This document shows, in pieces, positions 49,788-60,662 of a DNA stretch of 64,000 nt. The DNA is from a virus. Lineage: Duplodnaviria; Caudoviricetes. Position 1 is the stretch's first letter. Every line of letters starts with the position of its first letter. A program made the position numbers and the translations under genes. The notes beneath the pieces are model-generated. The model did no database searches, had not been told where the DNA came from, and saw nothing but the letters and a program-made list of their open reading frames with translations. The stretch spans positions 1 to 64,000 of IMG/VR virus record IMGVR_UViG_3300031813_000013. The stretch is one strand, 5' to 3'.

Positions 49788-51215
49788 TTAGAAACCTAAT
49801 ACAAACTTAAATTGTTCAATGCCATCATCACTTCTTTGAACGCCTTGTCTATTCTCTATGTATGTGATGTAACCAGAATACGGAATAACTTCCGGTTCTG
49901 TAACATTAAACACAGTTCTGGAACATCCAGATAGAACACCAGTGATGGCTTGACCAATGATAAAAGTACCTGTTGTATTTATTAACTGTAATAGATTGGT
50001 TGATGTGTTAAATGATAAAACTGTACCAGAAAAAACCAAATTTGGTGGAGAATTGGTGTCATATTGTGTGACAACCTCATCTGGCTGAAAATAACCAAGG
50101 CCGCCAGCACACTGGACTTGTAGTGTGGTGTTGTATAGTGGATTTGTAGCTAAGACTGCTCCAGATGCACCATATGTTTGTGGATTAGAGATTAAACCAA
50201 CTTGTCTATATGTTACACCATCAGTGGGTATGACTCCACCTTCTGTACCGTTGAATTCAACAGCAAACATAATGCTGGAACAACCCAACTCGGAAATTGG
50301 ATCATATCCGTGTCCACCAATAGGTGAAATAGGTGCTTGGAGCACAGCCGAGTTTGCAATTGCTATTTGATACTGCATATTTGATGAAGTATAAACATTC
50401 ACAGAAACATTGGCGTTTGTATAATTTGTTCCTGGTGCAGTGACAGCAACGTCAGTAATCGTGCCATTGACAACTAATGGTGGTGTAATGTTTGCGATTG
50501 CACCAGTTCCGTCACCAGTAATGCTTACGGTTATAAATGTGTTAACTGCATCATAGCCAGAACCACCACTCAATACATTGACTACTTCAATATCACCGCA
50601 GCCGGCTGGAGTTAGGTATGGTTGTGGTGTTTGTTGACTTGCTGGTATAGGCATCCAAGTTGAATCCATGAATGTCTTTTTGCTTCCTGCGTCAATGGTA
50701 TACATGTATTTCCATTTGTACAGGTCATTATTTTCATAAATGTTGTTTGTGCTATATGAACCTGGTTCAAAATATGGTTCATAAGTTGATGGCGCACCAT
50801 TGTTATTCCACAAGCACTTGAAAACTTGGTCATAGCGATTCTTAACATAGAATTGATAAATCAACAAATTGTTTTCGTCTTTTGCTTGTATGTCTAGTGT
50901 ATCGATATAAGCGGTATAAACAGTATTTGCTGTCCAGTTTACACGTTGAATGACTGGAGATATGTTATAACTGTTCAATTGCTTGATTGCAAACATGTTT
51001 CTGAATACTTTTTTCAGATAAGCCGCATCTTCTGTTGGTTGTACTGGAGTTTCTACACCATTTACAGTTGGCCAAGAATCTTCTTGTCCCAAGAACGCAT
51101 ACAATGTTGCAATTTGGTTACCGCCTGCTACAATAATAGGCACATAGTAATCCAGATTGACCTGGAATAGAGGTGTGTTGTATGTGAGTTTGTTTAAATT
51201 TAAAATATTTGCCAT
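49788..51215 (-). CDS. gp8: Baseplate wedge subunit
   Basis: Y.FLG....W, SPVI.RVNW..NTVY..Y, FYVKN..DQVFKCLWNN, YKWKYMYTI, GGHG.DP..ELG, GYITYIENRQGVQRS.DG.EQFKFVL.F. Confidence 0.9.
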   Translation of the reverse strand: MANILNLNKLTYNTPLFQVNLDYYVPIIVAGGNQIATLYAFLGQEDSWPTVNGVETPVQPTEDAAYLKKVFRNMFAIKQLNSYNISPVIQRVNWTANTVYTAYIDTLDIQAKDENNLLIYQFYVKNRYDQVFKCLWNNNGAPSTYEPYFEPGSYSTNNIYENNDLYKWKYMYTIDAGSKKTFMDSTWMPIPASQQTPQPYLTPAGCGDIEVVNVLSGGSGYDAVNTFITVSITGDGTGAIANITPPLVVNGTITDVAVTAPGTNYTNANVSVNVYTSSNMQYQIAIANSAVLQAPISPIGGHGYDPISELGCSSIMFAVEFNGTEGGVIPTDGVTYRQVGLISNPQTYGASGAVLATNPLYNTTLQVQCAGGLGYFQPDEVVTQYDTNSPPNLVFSGTVLSFNTSTNLLQLINTTGTFIIGQAITGVLSGCSRTVFNVTEPEVIPYSGYITYIENRQGVQRSDDGIEQFKFVLGF

Positions 51216-51219
51216 GATT

Positions 51220-51227
51220 TATTTATC
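51220..51227 (-). promoter_or_regulatory. T4-type late promoter (GATAAATA) for gp8
   Basis: Intergenic motif close to the gp8 start. Confidence 0.5.
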
Positions 51228-51228
51228 T

Positions 51229-53772
51229 TTATGAACCAACTCTTAAAATAGCCCAATTCAATACAACAGAATCGGAGTGAGCAGAACCGCCACCTGATGA
51301 GGTGTTATACAAACTAATAACGAAACTACCAACAGCAACATCACCGACAGTTACCACATATGGGTTTGGTGTTGTTACTGGGTTTTGTATATTAACAATA
51401 ATAATATCATTAACGTGTAAGACGTTTGGATTATTAACTGTAAATGATACTTGAGTTGAACCGGCTAAAGATGAGCCAGCCATTTGAATTTGACCAGTAA
51501 TGCCGCTTACAGAAACAGAAGTTGATTTGTTACCCGTTTGTGTGACTAATGAATTTGCTGTAGCGGAGCCATATACAAGTGTATTTGCAACCAATGTATT
51601 TGCTGTTGTTGTATTTGAAGTGATTGCAAATAGTGAACTGTTAACAGTTGCTGTTGCACTTCTTACATTTGTACCATTTGGTGTGGTATTAAATGTAATT
51701 GTAGAACCCTTGGTAGAATCTGTATAATTTTCTGCCGCAATGAAATCCACCGAAGCGCCACCAGTTAACGTGAAACCTGAAGTTCCGTAGCCATTTCCAC
51801 CAAGACGCATCAATAAGTCACCAGTTTGTACTGTACTTGGATTCGATGAGTTGCCTCTTGCAGCACGACCAGCAATCAACGGATATGCGGCAGTATTACC
51901 TAGACTATAGTTGTCAACAATCATGCGTGTTGCATAACCACCATCAAGACCAGTTAACTGCAACATTGTGCCTGATGCAGTGGTTTGTTGTGCAATACCG
52001 TTGTTTGAACCATCAATTCTTACACTAGATGTTGTTGCGGGGAATGTAGAACTTTGAATGGTAACAGTGCCATTCATTGTCAATGTATTTTGTATAACAT
52101 TAACAACAAATGTATTATTAACAGCCAAGTTACTTGTCACTTGAACATTAGGTGCTGCAATAGTTCCGTTTGCATAAATTGCTGTATTACCAACAATAAA
52201 GACATTTGCATTGTTGACTTGTAATGCACCAGACCGAACTGTAATTGATGTATCATTACCGGTAATTTCATCAATGATGTGTAGTGATGCACCACCAAGA
52301 TATAGGTTTTCAAATCTGTTTGTTGGTGAACCTAGACTATATGTGTTTGATGATGTTGGTAAAATGTTACCGGTTATTTGTAGATTGCCAGCAAATAGTG
52401 CATTGTTTGTATTTGCAAGTGCATTATTAGCAGTTGTGAATGCTGCATTAGCTTGTGTAAATGATGCCGCAATACTTGTATTTTGTGTTAAATTCACACC
52501 AGCCAAATTGACGGTGTTTGCTGCCGCTGTGTTTGCAGCAGAGAATGCAGAATTAGCATATGAGCCAGCACTGTTTGCTGTATTATTTGCCATAGTGTAT
52601 GCGGCATTAGCTTGAATAAACGCAACATTTGCATACAGAGAAGCACTATTAGCAACACCAAATGCGGCATTAGCATAAACGCTTGTAGTATTTTGTGAAG
52701 CGTATGCGCTATTAGCTTCCACAAATGCACCATTAGCGTATAGGGAAGCAGAATTTGCTTGAGAGTATGCCGCATTGGCTTCTAGGAATGCACCATTAGC
52801 ATATAAAGATGCGCTGTTTGCAACACTAAATCCTGAGTTGGCTTGCAAAAATGCTGCTGTGATACTTGTATTTTGTGTTAAATCCACACCAGCCAAATTG
52901 ACGGTGTTTGCAGCCGCTGTATTGGCTGCTGTAAATGCACTATTTGCTTGTGTGTAACCAGCATTGGCTTCTACAAATGCACCATTTGCATATAAGCTGG
53001 CGCCATTTGCTTGTGCATATGCACTGTTAGCCTGCAAGAAAGCAGCATTGGCTTCGGTAAATGAAGCTGTAATACTTGTGTTTTGTGTTGCTTCAACACA
53101 GTATAACAAACCAACTTGTGTGTTAGCATATGTAAATGCGGCATTAGAATAAGCATATGGTGCGGCCGCAGTTGACTGTAATGTGCCATCACCAAAAGTC
53201 ATATAAGATTGTGTGTTTAGTGACAATCCATTTGCAGAAATCCAACCGACAATATTGTTTGAATTGGTGCCACCAAGCATAAACTTCAAATTTGCATTAG
53301 TTGTTGCAGTACCAATCAATAAATTTCCTTGATAACTCGCAAGACCTGTGGTTGCATTTGCTCCTTGAACATACAAATAAGCATCATATGAATTGAATGC
53401 TGTATAACCTGCATTATTTCCCGTTACTTGTGAGTTATTGATACCAAAATCTGCAAAATAATTATAATTTGCTTGTGTTGCTTGGTCAGCCGACAAGACA
53501 TAATCTGCCGAACCCATTGAGTTGAAGTTTTGATTATTAACTTGTATAAAGGATGGATCAGAACCAGAAAATTGTGCAATAGTATTTGTGAATTGAAGAT
53601 TATTGTTGCCAACATTCAAGTAACTATTTCTGAAAAGACCTAAAGCCAATGTGTTGGCAGTCATTTGGAAAGTGGTATCTGTAGGAACATCAACACCCAC
53701 AAACAAGGTGTTTGCCGTATTGGCATTGATTACAGTGAATACTGGTAGTTGTGATATTTTTATTAATGACAT
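51229..53772 (-). CDS. Baseplate-associated fibre protein
   Basis: N-term KISQLP motif, Ala/Asn heptad shaft, C-terminal TQTGNKSTSV...ITGQIQM...FTVNN beta domain. Confidence 0.75.
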   Translation of the reverse strand: MSLIKISQLPVFTVINANTANTLFVGVDVPTDTTFQMTANTLALGLFRNSYLNVGNNNLQFTNTIAQFSGSDPSFIQVNNQNFNSMGSADYVLSADQATQANYNYFADFGINNSQVTGNNAGYTAFNSYDAYLYVQGANATTGLASYQGNLLIGTATTNANLKFMLGGTNSNNIVGWISANGLSLNTQSYMTFGDGTLQSTAAAPYAYSNAAFTYANTQVGLLYCVEATQNTSITASFTEANAAFLQANSAYAQANGASLYANGAFVEANAGYTQANSAFTAANTAAANTVNLAGVDLTQNTSITAAFLQANSGFSVANSASLYANGAFLEANAAYSQANSASLYANGAFVEANSAYASQNTTSVYANAAFGVANSASLYANVAFIQANAAYTMANNTANSAGSYANSAFSAANTAAANTVNLAGVNLTQNTSIAASFTQANAAFTTANNALANTNNALFAGNLQITGNILPTSSNTYSLGSPTNRFENLYLGGASLHIIDEITGNDTSITVRSGALQVNNANVFIVGNTAIYANGTIAAPNVQVTSNLAVNNTFVVNVIQNTLTMNGTVTIQSSTFPATTSSVRIDGSNNGIAQQTTASGTMLQLTGLDGGYATRMIVDNYSLGNTAAYPLIAGRAARGNSSNPSTVQTGDLLMRLGGNGYGTSGFTLTGGASVDFIAAENYTDSTKGSTITFNTTPNGTNVRSATATVNSSLFAITSNTTTANTLVANTLVYGSATANSLVTQTGNKSTSVSVSGITGQIQMAGSSLAGSTQVSFTVNNPNVLHVNDIIIVNIQNPVTTPNPYVVTVGDVAVGSFVISLYNTSSGGGSAHSDSVVLNWAILRVGS

Positions 53773-53775
53773 TTC

Positions 53776-56700
53776 TTATCCTATTAGAAGTTCGTTTCCT
53801 TGTTCGTCCGTCAATGTGTTTCCATTTTCATCGGTCAACATCACAAAGTATTGTGTTCCTACTGGTCCAAACACTTGAACATTTTCATAGGTAGAAATCA
53901 TGCTTCTGCCTATAGAAATCAAACCATTCGAACCATTAGCCAACGGACCACTTAGTCCAACTTGATTCAATGTGTAATTTATAGAAACTACTGTTTGTGC
54001 TGCACCATTGATATACAAATTGTCATTAACACGAATCACATCCATCATTGGATATGTGGTGTTGCTATATGCTCCGTAATTTATTAAATTGTATGTTCCG
54101 GTCAACGATGTTATATTTAGTTCTGTGTTGCTGTTACCATACTGTTGTGAAACTGCAACATTTCCAAAATATGTCCAAACATTGTCTTGTAGTGTGATGG
54201 TTGTGTTGCCAACATTGACAACTAATGATTTAACGGAATCATTTAGTCCTGTTCCATATTCAAATACAACTGTTGTAGTGTTTGCAAAGAAAATGTTAGA
54301 CAAGTTTGCACCATACAAATTAGCAAATGTAATAATGTTATTACTCTTGTTTGTAGGTGTACCAGCAGAAATTGTTGCTATTGTACCAGTATTTGCATAG
54401 TGGTCTAGCGGAACACCAGATTGTAACGCATCAACTGTTGACAATTTAATGTTATCATTGGACCTCATCGAATAGCGACCAATAACTCTCATGCCTGTTG
54501 GATGCAACAAGTTCATCAACACATCACGATACTTGGCAATTTCTTTTTCAACTGTAATTTCGTATGTGTAATTATTGTATTCTGTGCTTTGCAATACATC
54601 ATAACCGCTAGGCTGGCCAGAATTGTTCAAGTATTGACCGTTACCGATTACAAGACCATTCAAGAATGTAGTTGTTGCTAGTGCATGTCCGTCACCATAT
54701 TGCATGATACCATTTGCTGCATCAAATCTAGTATCTAGAGTTGAGTTATCAAATGTAGTTGTTCTGATATTGGTGAAATTAGGCACCAGATTCATACTAG
54801 CATTGATAGATGTAATTTTTAAAGGTGCTGTATTTGCTGGTTTAGATGTATAGTTGTACACACGCATTTGGTATACACTATTGTTTGCAGGATATGCTTG
54901 CTCTACAACAAATATCGAATCTACTGTTGCAATGTATGTTGCAACGTTCAGGTTTGCACCCTGGAATACAGTTTGACCTTTTTGTGGCAATGCATTTAAG
55001 TACACATTTGAAACAATCAAATCTTGTATGGCCAAAGATACATTGGGTGCAGCAATATAATCATCGCCGTTATCCAATATGTTGAATGTTATGATAGAGC
55101 CAATACGGTTAGCAACCTCAGAGAAAGTTGCGCCGGCTCCAAGATAACCATCAACTGATAGTATTGCTGTACCAAGATAGAATGAATTTGCAACTACGTT
55201 TGTTGTTGCATTTGATGTCAAAATCAAAGTATTTGCATTGACAACCGATTGTACGGTACCAAGAATTACGTTAGAATTTGTAACAAGTAAGCCACCAACA
55301 TTAATTTGTGTGTTGAAACTTGTTCCGTTACCAGTAACAATTGTGCTTGCATTGCTTGTAGTAACATTACCTAATGCGGTGTGCACAACAATAGGTGTTG
55401 GTAGTGCATCATAATAACACATACCACCCAATGGATATGGGTTTGCGGAGTTACCTAATGGTTGTTGCACGTATGTAATTGATGTAATTGCACCTGTTGA
55501 CGCATTAACAGAAGTAACTTGTGCATATGCACCAACACCAGAACCACCAGCCAATAAAACTGTATCTCCTACACTATAACCAGTACCACCACTTCTAATT
55601 TTTACTGGTGCAAGAATGCCCAAGTTTGCAAGATTGGAGATTGAATACTCATCTTCATTGTAGAATGTGTTAACTTCAATTGTTGGTGGTTGTGTAAATC
55701 CACCACCTTGGTTCTCAACAATCAATGAAGAAATTGGATATGTCTGGAAACTGGTAAAACTAAATGCATTACCCATCGGTGTGTTTGCATTAGAATATGC
55801 TATATTGATGGTGTTTGCATAAGACTGTGAAACATAACCATGCAATTGTTGTTGCAAGTTGACTGTACCGACAACATTATTCAATTGTAGCACCACATTT
55901 CCTGTGCTGTTTGTAGAAATGTTTACAATACCAGCACTAAACGAACTATTTGCAAGGTTTGTTCCTTGATAAACACCCTCACTTGGATAAAACTGTCCAT
56001 TACTATATTGAATACGAACGTTGTTTGTTCCTTGGCCTTGCCATGCACTAATATATCTTTTTGCACCAGTGTTAGCACCAATTATGAATGCTGAGTTGGA
56101 AATTGTTCCTGTTGTATTTGAAACCAGCAACAATACGTTGTTTGCTGGATCCATGTTCACAATCTTACCACTGAATGTGTTTGATGCCAGTGATGTTCCT
56201 TGATAGATGTATTCACTGTTAGCAAACTGTACTGGTGCATTAACAGTCAAATAGTTTCCTGATGCAAAGAAATAGTTGTTTGCACCTAATGAAATGTGTT
56301 CTTTCAGTAGTAGACTGTCCACAGGAACAAAAGTTGCATTTGCTGCACCAACTGGATCTAAGCCACCAACAATAACTATAGGAGCCTTAGGACTTTCACC
56401 AACAAGATTCGTAAATGTTATTTGTGTGTTTGCGCCGCCGACAATATTGTTTGGTGTTGAAAATGTGTAACCATAACCTTCATTGTCGGTGTGAATAGAC
56501 TGAATAGAACCTGTTGTAACTGAACCAATTACTGCTGTTGCACCAACGGGATTAGGTGTATTTGGATTCAAACCACCATAGAATACAACTGGATCACCAA
56601 CCGAATAGCCTAAACCTCTATTGTTCTTATCAATTATAATTTGGCTAATTTGACCAACGATAAGTGCTGTAAGAGTTTCCGCACCAACTGTTCCTGCTGG

Positions 56701-57342
56701 AACTTGTTGGCCATTCTTAAAATATACAGGTTGATTTCTGTTATCTACAACAGTAACAGTTTCACCAGATTGAAACAAACGTTCAATGTTTGAAATGAAA
56801 ACTTCTGTCTTAACACCATCATATGTCGATGCTTCAATCGTAGCAATAGATTTTGATATGTTGCCGAACACACGCAAGTTTTGTGTGTTCAAGAAATTTG
56901 GATCATCAGTAGCAAGTTTTAGACTTCTTGGAACATACCAAGTACCACCGGATGCTTTAAGAACTGCATCTTTGTTGTAAAAAATATCAACGTCAGAGTT
57001 GTAAAGAATTCTAAACAAGAACTCAAACGATGCTGGCGTACCTTTATTTTGGTATAATTGTTTGGCTGCTTTGATTGTCTTTACTGGATCGGCCAGAATG
57101 TCCTGTGGAAAATAGGACATGAAATCATTGATATAATACTGCAAAAATTCTTGTGTGGTACTATCGATATCAATGAGTGAAGGAATGCTTTTAGTAAAGT
57201 CTAAAACATTACCTTGTTCTTCCATCCATTCATAGTACGCTTTAATGAATAGAGTGAAATTGGCGTAGTTCGGATCCTCACTAATGAACTTAGGTAGTTC
57301 GTAAGGTACCAGTAACGATGTTTTCTGATTGCTTTGTATCAT
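53776..57342 (-). CDS. gp7: Baseplate wedge initiator
   Basis: LP.FI.ED..NF..FIKAYYEW.E, IDIDST..EF, YQNKGT.ASF.FLFRILYN, VLQSTEYNNYTYEI, YRDVL.NLLHPTGM; follows gp6. Confidence 0.85.
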   Translation of the reverse strand: MIQSNQKTSLLVPYELPKFISEDPNYANFTLFIKAYYEWMEEQGNVLDFTKSIPSLIDIDSTTQEFLQYYINDFMSYFPQDILADPVKTIKAAKQLYQNKGTPASFEFLFRILYNSDVDIFYNKDAVLKASGGTWYVPRSLKLATDDPNFLNTQNLRVFGNISKSIATIEASTYDGVKTEVFISNIERLFQSGETVTVVDNRNQPVYFKNGQQVPAGTVGAETLTALIVGQISQIIIDKNNRGLGYSVGDPVVFYGGLNPNTPNPVGATAVIGSVTTGSIQSIHTDNEGYGYTFSTPNNIVGGANTQITFTNLVGESPKAPIVIVGGLDPVGAANATFVPVDSLLLKEHISLGANNYFFASGNYLTVNAPVQFANSEYIYQGTSLASNTFSGKIVNMDPANNVLLLVSNTTGTISNSAFIIGANTGAKRYISAWQGQGTNNVRIQYSNGQFYPSEGVYQGTNLANSSFSAGIVNISTNSTGNVVLQLNNVVGTVNLQQQLHGYVSQSYANTINIAYSNANTPMGNAFSFTSFQTYPISSLIVENQGGGFTQPPTIEVNTFYNEDEYSISNLANLGILAPVKIRSGGTGYSVGDTVLLAGGSGVGAYAQVTSVNASTGAITSITYVQQPLGNSANPYPLGGMCYYDALPTPIVVHTALGNVTTSNASTIVTGNGTSFNTQINVGGLLVTNSNVILGTVQSVVNANTLILTSNATTNVVANSFYLGTAILSVDGYLGAGATFSEVANRIGSIITFNILDNGDDYIAAPNVSLAIQDLIVSNVYLNALPQKGQTVFQGANLNVATYIATVDSIFVVEQAYPANNSVYQMRVYNYTSKPANTAPLKITSINASMNLVPNFTNIRTTTFDNSTLDTRFDAANGIMQYGDGHALATTTFLNGLVIGNGQYLNNSGQPSGYDVLQSTEYNNYTYEITVEKEIAKYRDVLMNLLHPTGMRVIGRYSMRSNDNIKLSTVDALQSGVPLDHYANTGTIATISAGTPTNKSNNIITFANLYGANLSNIFFANTTTVVFEYGTGLNDSVKSLVVNVGNTTITLQDNVWTYFGNVAVSQQYGNSNTELNITSLTGTYNLINYGAYSNTTYPMMDVIRVNDNLYINGAAQTVVSINYTLNQVGLSGPLANGSNGLISIGRSMISTYENVQVFGPVGTQYFVMLTDENGNTLTDEQGNELLIG

Positions 57343-57346
57343 TTAC

Positions 57347-59425
57347 TTAAATCTTTGCTGAGACAGAGACACTTATCGCCGCTGGATCGTATGGGTCTAT
57401 AGTAATAATTCTATTTAACGAAGATGAAATTAAGGTTGTTGTGGGTTTAGCAGAAATCGTTAATTCACACAAAGGATTATCGACATTGATTGGATTCAAA
57501 CCAACCATTGTGATGATACCTTTTTCATAATCGATAGTGCCTGCATTGTTACTTACAACAACTTTACCTGATGTGTTACTATTATAATATGTTCTTAGTG
57601 TGCCCAATTGGCCTGTTAGATTAACAACAAGAGAAGCACCTTTACCTGTTGTGTCACCTGGTGCAGGAATAACTGTTGCAACCGCTGAAGTATAACCAAC
57701 ACCATTATTTGCTACAGTAACACTGGCCAATGAACCATTGATAATAGTTGCATATGCATTTGCACCTTGACCATCACCTGATATAATGATAGATGGTGTT
57801 TGTGTGTAATTGTAACCTGTTGTTGCTATGGTAACAGATTCAACCGAACTTGTAGCAGAAGGAATTTCTTCATAGAACACACCATCAATTGTGTTGATTG
57901 TGTTTGCTGGATCAATAACTCTAATACCAGGAGAACTAGAGATGCCACTACCATACACACCACGTTGTAATGGGCTATTGAATACTAATGTGTATGTTGT
58001 TGCTGTTGATAGTGAAGGATAGAATTTCTTCTGCACGTTAGTAGTAAAATCCGCACTAATGATAGAAGGATCAAAAGTATTCATAACCTTCAACACATCA
58101 TACGTATTGAATGTTGAATTAAATGTGTTCAAGTTGTTTGCAGCATAACCATAGATTGCTTGCTGAATGCCTGAAATTAAACCTGATGGTGTCAATGCTG
58201 TTTGTGATTGGTGATAAACTACGTTTGCATTAACTTGAATGTATGTATAGTCTGGATCCACAATGACAGGTTCAACTGTGACCACACTGATTGGTTTAAT
58301 AATGTTGTTAATGATTAATGATTTCTGTGTCTGAGTTAAATCATATGCACCGGCTGGTTTCAATGAAATAAAGACTTGACCATATGCTGGTGGATTGTTT
58401 TCTTCACCACCCCAAACGGACACAGCATCAAATGGTATACCTAGATTGTTTTGTTGTAAAGCGGTGATGTAATCGTTTTTGCTAACCGCTCTACCTTGAG
58501 CCGCAAACGCCTTTGGTGCTTGGAACTTAATAGATTGAATAGATTCTCTATCCATACCTTGAGATGCTGCCTGGAACGGTGTTACAAGCACGGAGGTATA
58601 ATTGCCACCATTCACTGAATCCATTAGTGTGAAATTATTTGCCAAACCACCAGCAGAACCTGCGGTAGAAATATATTTTACGGTAATAATATTGCCATCC
58701 GACAACTGTAGTCCTAGAATGCCATCACCAAAATAGATTTGGTAGTTGCCGTTGATTGCTTCTTGTAAGAAATATACAGTATCTGTTGGTCCAAGTGACA
58801 AATAATTTGATGTGGGATTAAATATCTGTGAGTAACTGTTAGTTGAAGATTGTTGTACCGTTACTATCATTGTAGAAGTGTCAATACTTGCATCAGGAAT
58901 TTCAAAAATGTAATTTGGATTGGTTGTTGAATTTACGGTATAATTGTATATTGAATATGTACCTTGTTTAATTTCAACACCATTGAATGTGGCCACATTG
59001 TTATTTACAGCAACTGTATTGTCTTCTGTTGTAACATAGTTATAATTGACACCTTGAATTGCTTCTGACATGAAGTTTGTATATCGTGGCAAAGTAAACA
59101 ATGGTGTTGTAACACCAGAAAATGTCAAATTGATAAGTGCGATAGGTCCAATGGATGATTGTGGTACATAATTTAATAGTTTTGCATGTGACACCACAGA
59201 AGAACGTTGGATTGAAGAATCCAAGAACATTTCATTGGCCACCATGTTCAAATAGAATGCATTATACTGTGTATTGTATGCTAAAACATCCAATAGAGTA
59301 GACAAAGATGAACCGGTAAAGTTATAATCTTTAAATGTGTCTTGGGATTGCAGATAGTTAATGAAGTTTTGTTTAACACTGCTAAAATCTAGACTAGCAA
59401 CTTGAATATTTGTATTAGATGCCAT
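57347..59425 (-). CDS. gp6: Baseplate wedge subunit
   Basis: LDFSSVKQNFINYL..Q..FKDYNFTGSSLSTLLDVLAYNT.YNAFY.NM..NE.FLDS, ESI.SIKF.AP..F.AQ.RAVS..DY. Confidence 0.95.
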   Translation of the reverse strand: MASNTNIQVASLDFSSVKQNFINYLQSQDTFKDYNFTGSSLSTLLDVLAYNTQYNAFYLNMVANEMFLDSSIQRSSVVSHAKLLNYVPQSSIGPIALINLTFSGVTTPLFTLPRYTNFMSEAIQGVNYNYVTTEDNTVAVNNNVATFNGVEIKQGTYSIYNYTVNSTTNPNYIFEIPDASIDTSTMIVTVQQSSTNSYSQIFNPTSNYLSLGPTDTVYFLQEAINGNYQIYFGDGILGLQLSDGNIITVKYISTAGSAGGLANNFTLMDSVNGGNYTSVLVTPFQAASQGMDRESIQSIKFQAPKAFAAQGRAVSKNDYITALQQNNLGIPFDAVSVWGGEENNPPAYGQVFISLKPAGAYDLTQTQKSLIINNIIKPISVVTVEPVIVDPDYTYIQVNANVVYHQSQTALTPSGLISGIQQAIYGYAANNLNTFNSTFNTYDVLKVMNTFDPSIISADFTTNVQKKFYPSLSTATTYTLVFNSPLQRGVYGSGISSSPGIRVIDPANTINTIDGVFYEEIPSATSSVESVTIATTGYNYTQTPSIIISGDGQGANAYATIINGSLASVTVANNGVGYTSAVATVIPAPGDTTGKGASLVVNLTGQLGTLRTYYNSNTSGKVVVSNNAGTIDYEKGIITMVGLNPINVDNPLCELTISAKPTTTLISSSLNRIITIDPYDPAAISVSVSAKI

Positions 59426-59817
59426 TATCTGGACCTTTGAAGAAGAAGATTTAACGTTGTTGGTGATGTATTATTACCAATGAAAAAACTCACATCCGCA
59501 ACAAAAGAGTTTTGGTCTGGTGACAATGTTACAGTCACATTATATATGGACGCTCTTGGCTCAAAGTTTGTAATGACATTCTTAATTTCATCTGATATAA
59601 CACTTGCGGTCAAATTGGTTGCTGGTTCAAACAACAATGCAGACATATTTGAACCAACGGAAGGCTGAAAAGGACGCTCATAGAAGTTGGTTGACAACAA
59701 ATTTCTTACGGAAGCAATGACGGCCTGGTCGTCAAAACGCATTGCAACATCACCAGTTACTGGTGTTCTGTTGAATGTTAAGTCCAAATCTGAATATAGG
59801 TGTTGTATTTTTGCCAT
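59425..59817 (-). CDS. gp25: Baseplate wedge subunit
   Basis: YSDLDL.F..TPVTGDV, AV..SVRNLL.TNFYERPFQP.VGS...LLFE, I.NFEPRA. Confidence 0.95.
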   Translation of the reverse strand: MAKIQHLYSDLDLTFNRTPVTGDVAMRFDDQAVIASVRNLLSTNFYERPFQPSVGSNMSALLFEPATNLTASVISDEIKNVITNFEPRASIYNVTVTLSPDQNSFVADVSFFIGNNTSPTTLNLLLQRSR

Positions 59818-59821
59818 CTAC

Positions 59822-59829
59822 TATTTATC
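59822..59829 (-). promoter_or_regulatory. T4-type late promoter (GATAAATA) for gp25
   Basis: Intergenic motif at the stop of the upstream gene. Confidence 0.5.
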
Positions 59830-60658
59830 AGTTTAAATTGGAGACTAGGGAAGGTGTGCCAATATAATTTTTCAACAAATAGTTCTCAGATTGTCCCAAA
59901 TTATTAAATTGTTGCACAGTCGTGAAGTCTGAAACAACATTTGCAGAATTTTGGAAGAATTGTGAGTCTTGTGCTGGATAGGTTGTCATCAAATAATATG
60001 TTTGATACACAGTATTCATCAAATTTTGTGCATTGGCTACGTCTATTGAAGTTGTATTTGCCCAACCAACCACACCATTTCCTACAACAGTAATTGTTGT
60101 TGCAAGATAATTTGATATTGTATTCATTGTGGTATACAGAGAACTTAAAGTATTACCCAAGGTTATACTTGTAAAGTTGCCCATGATAACAGAATTATTT
60201 TGAACGCCATCAGTTTGGTTTGTCAGATAAGATAAGATTTTACCTTGTGACATTGCTGTTTTATAGTGTGGTGTTGTTGTATCTGAGCCTTGGTCAACAA
60301 CATTGGATTCTCTATTGGTGACGTATAGGTAGTTATTTGCTGTTGTGCTGGAAAGTGTTTTCACTGTGCTGTATACATTGGCCAATGCTGTGGTTATTGT
60401 AGAATTTGACGATGTTAAGTTATTTGCAATGACATTCAATGTATTTGCTACTGTCCAAATGGAAAGTGTTACATTGGCAACAGGATTCTGGAAATAGTTT
60501 CCTACTGTTCCCGAGGCTACAGCATTTGCTTGCCAAGGACTTAAAAGATTAGGCACCAAACTCATTTGAGTTGTGACATTGCTACTGTAATTAGTTACAG
60601 ATGCCGCAGTCGTTGGGTCACTTGAATTGAAACCTAATCTTCCATAAATGCTACTCAT
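59828..60658 (-). CDS. Hypothetical baseplate-region protein
   Basis: 276-aa Asn/Thr-rich ORF between the gp5 C-terminal part and gp25. Confidence 0.75.
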   Translation of the reverse strand: MSSIYGRLGFNSSDPTTAASVTNYSSNVTTQMSLVPNLLSPWQANAVASGTVGNYFQNPVANVTLSIWTVANTLNVIANNLTSSNSTITTALANVYSTVKTLSSTTANNYLYVTNRESNVVDQGSDTTTPHYKTAMSQGKILSYLTNQTDGVQNNSVIMGNFTSITLGNTLSSLYTTMNTISNYLATTITVVGNGVVGWANTTSIDVANAQNLMNTVYQTYYLMTTYPAQDSQFFQNSANVVSDFTTVQQFNNLGQSENYLLKNYIGTPSLVSNLN

Positions 60659-60662
60659 AATA

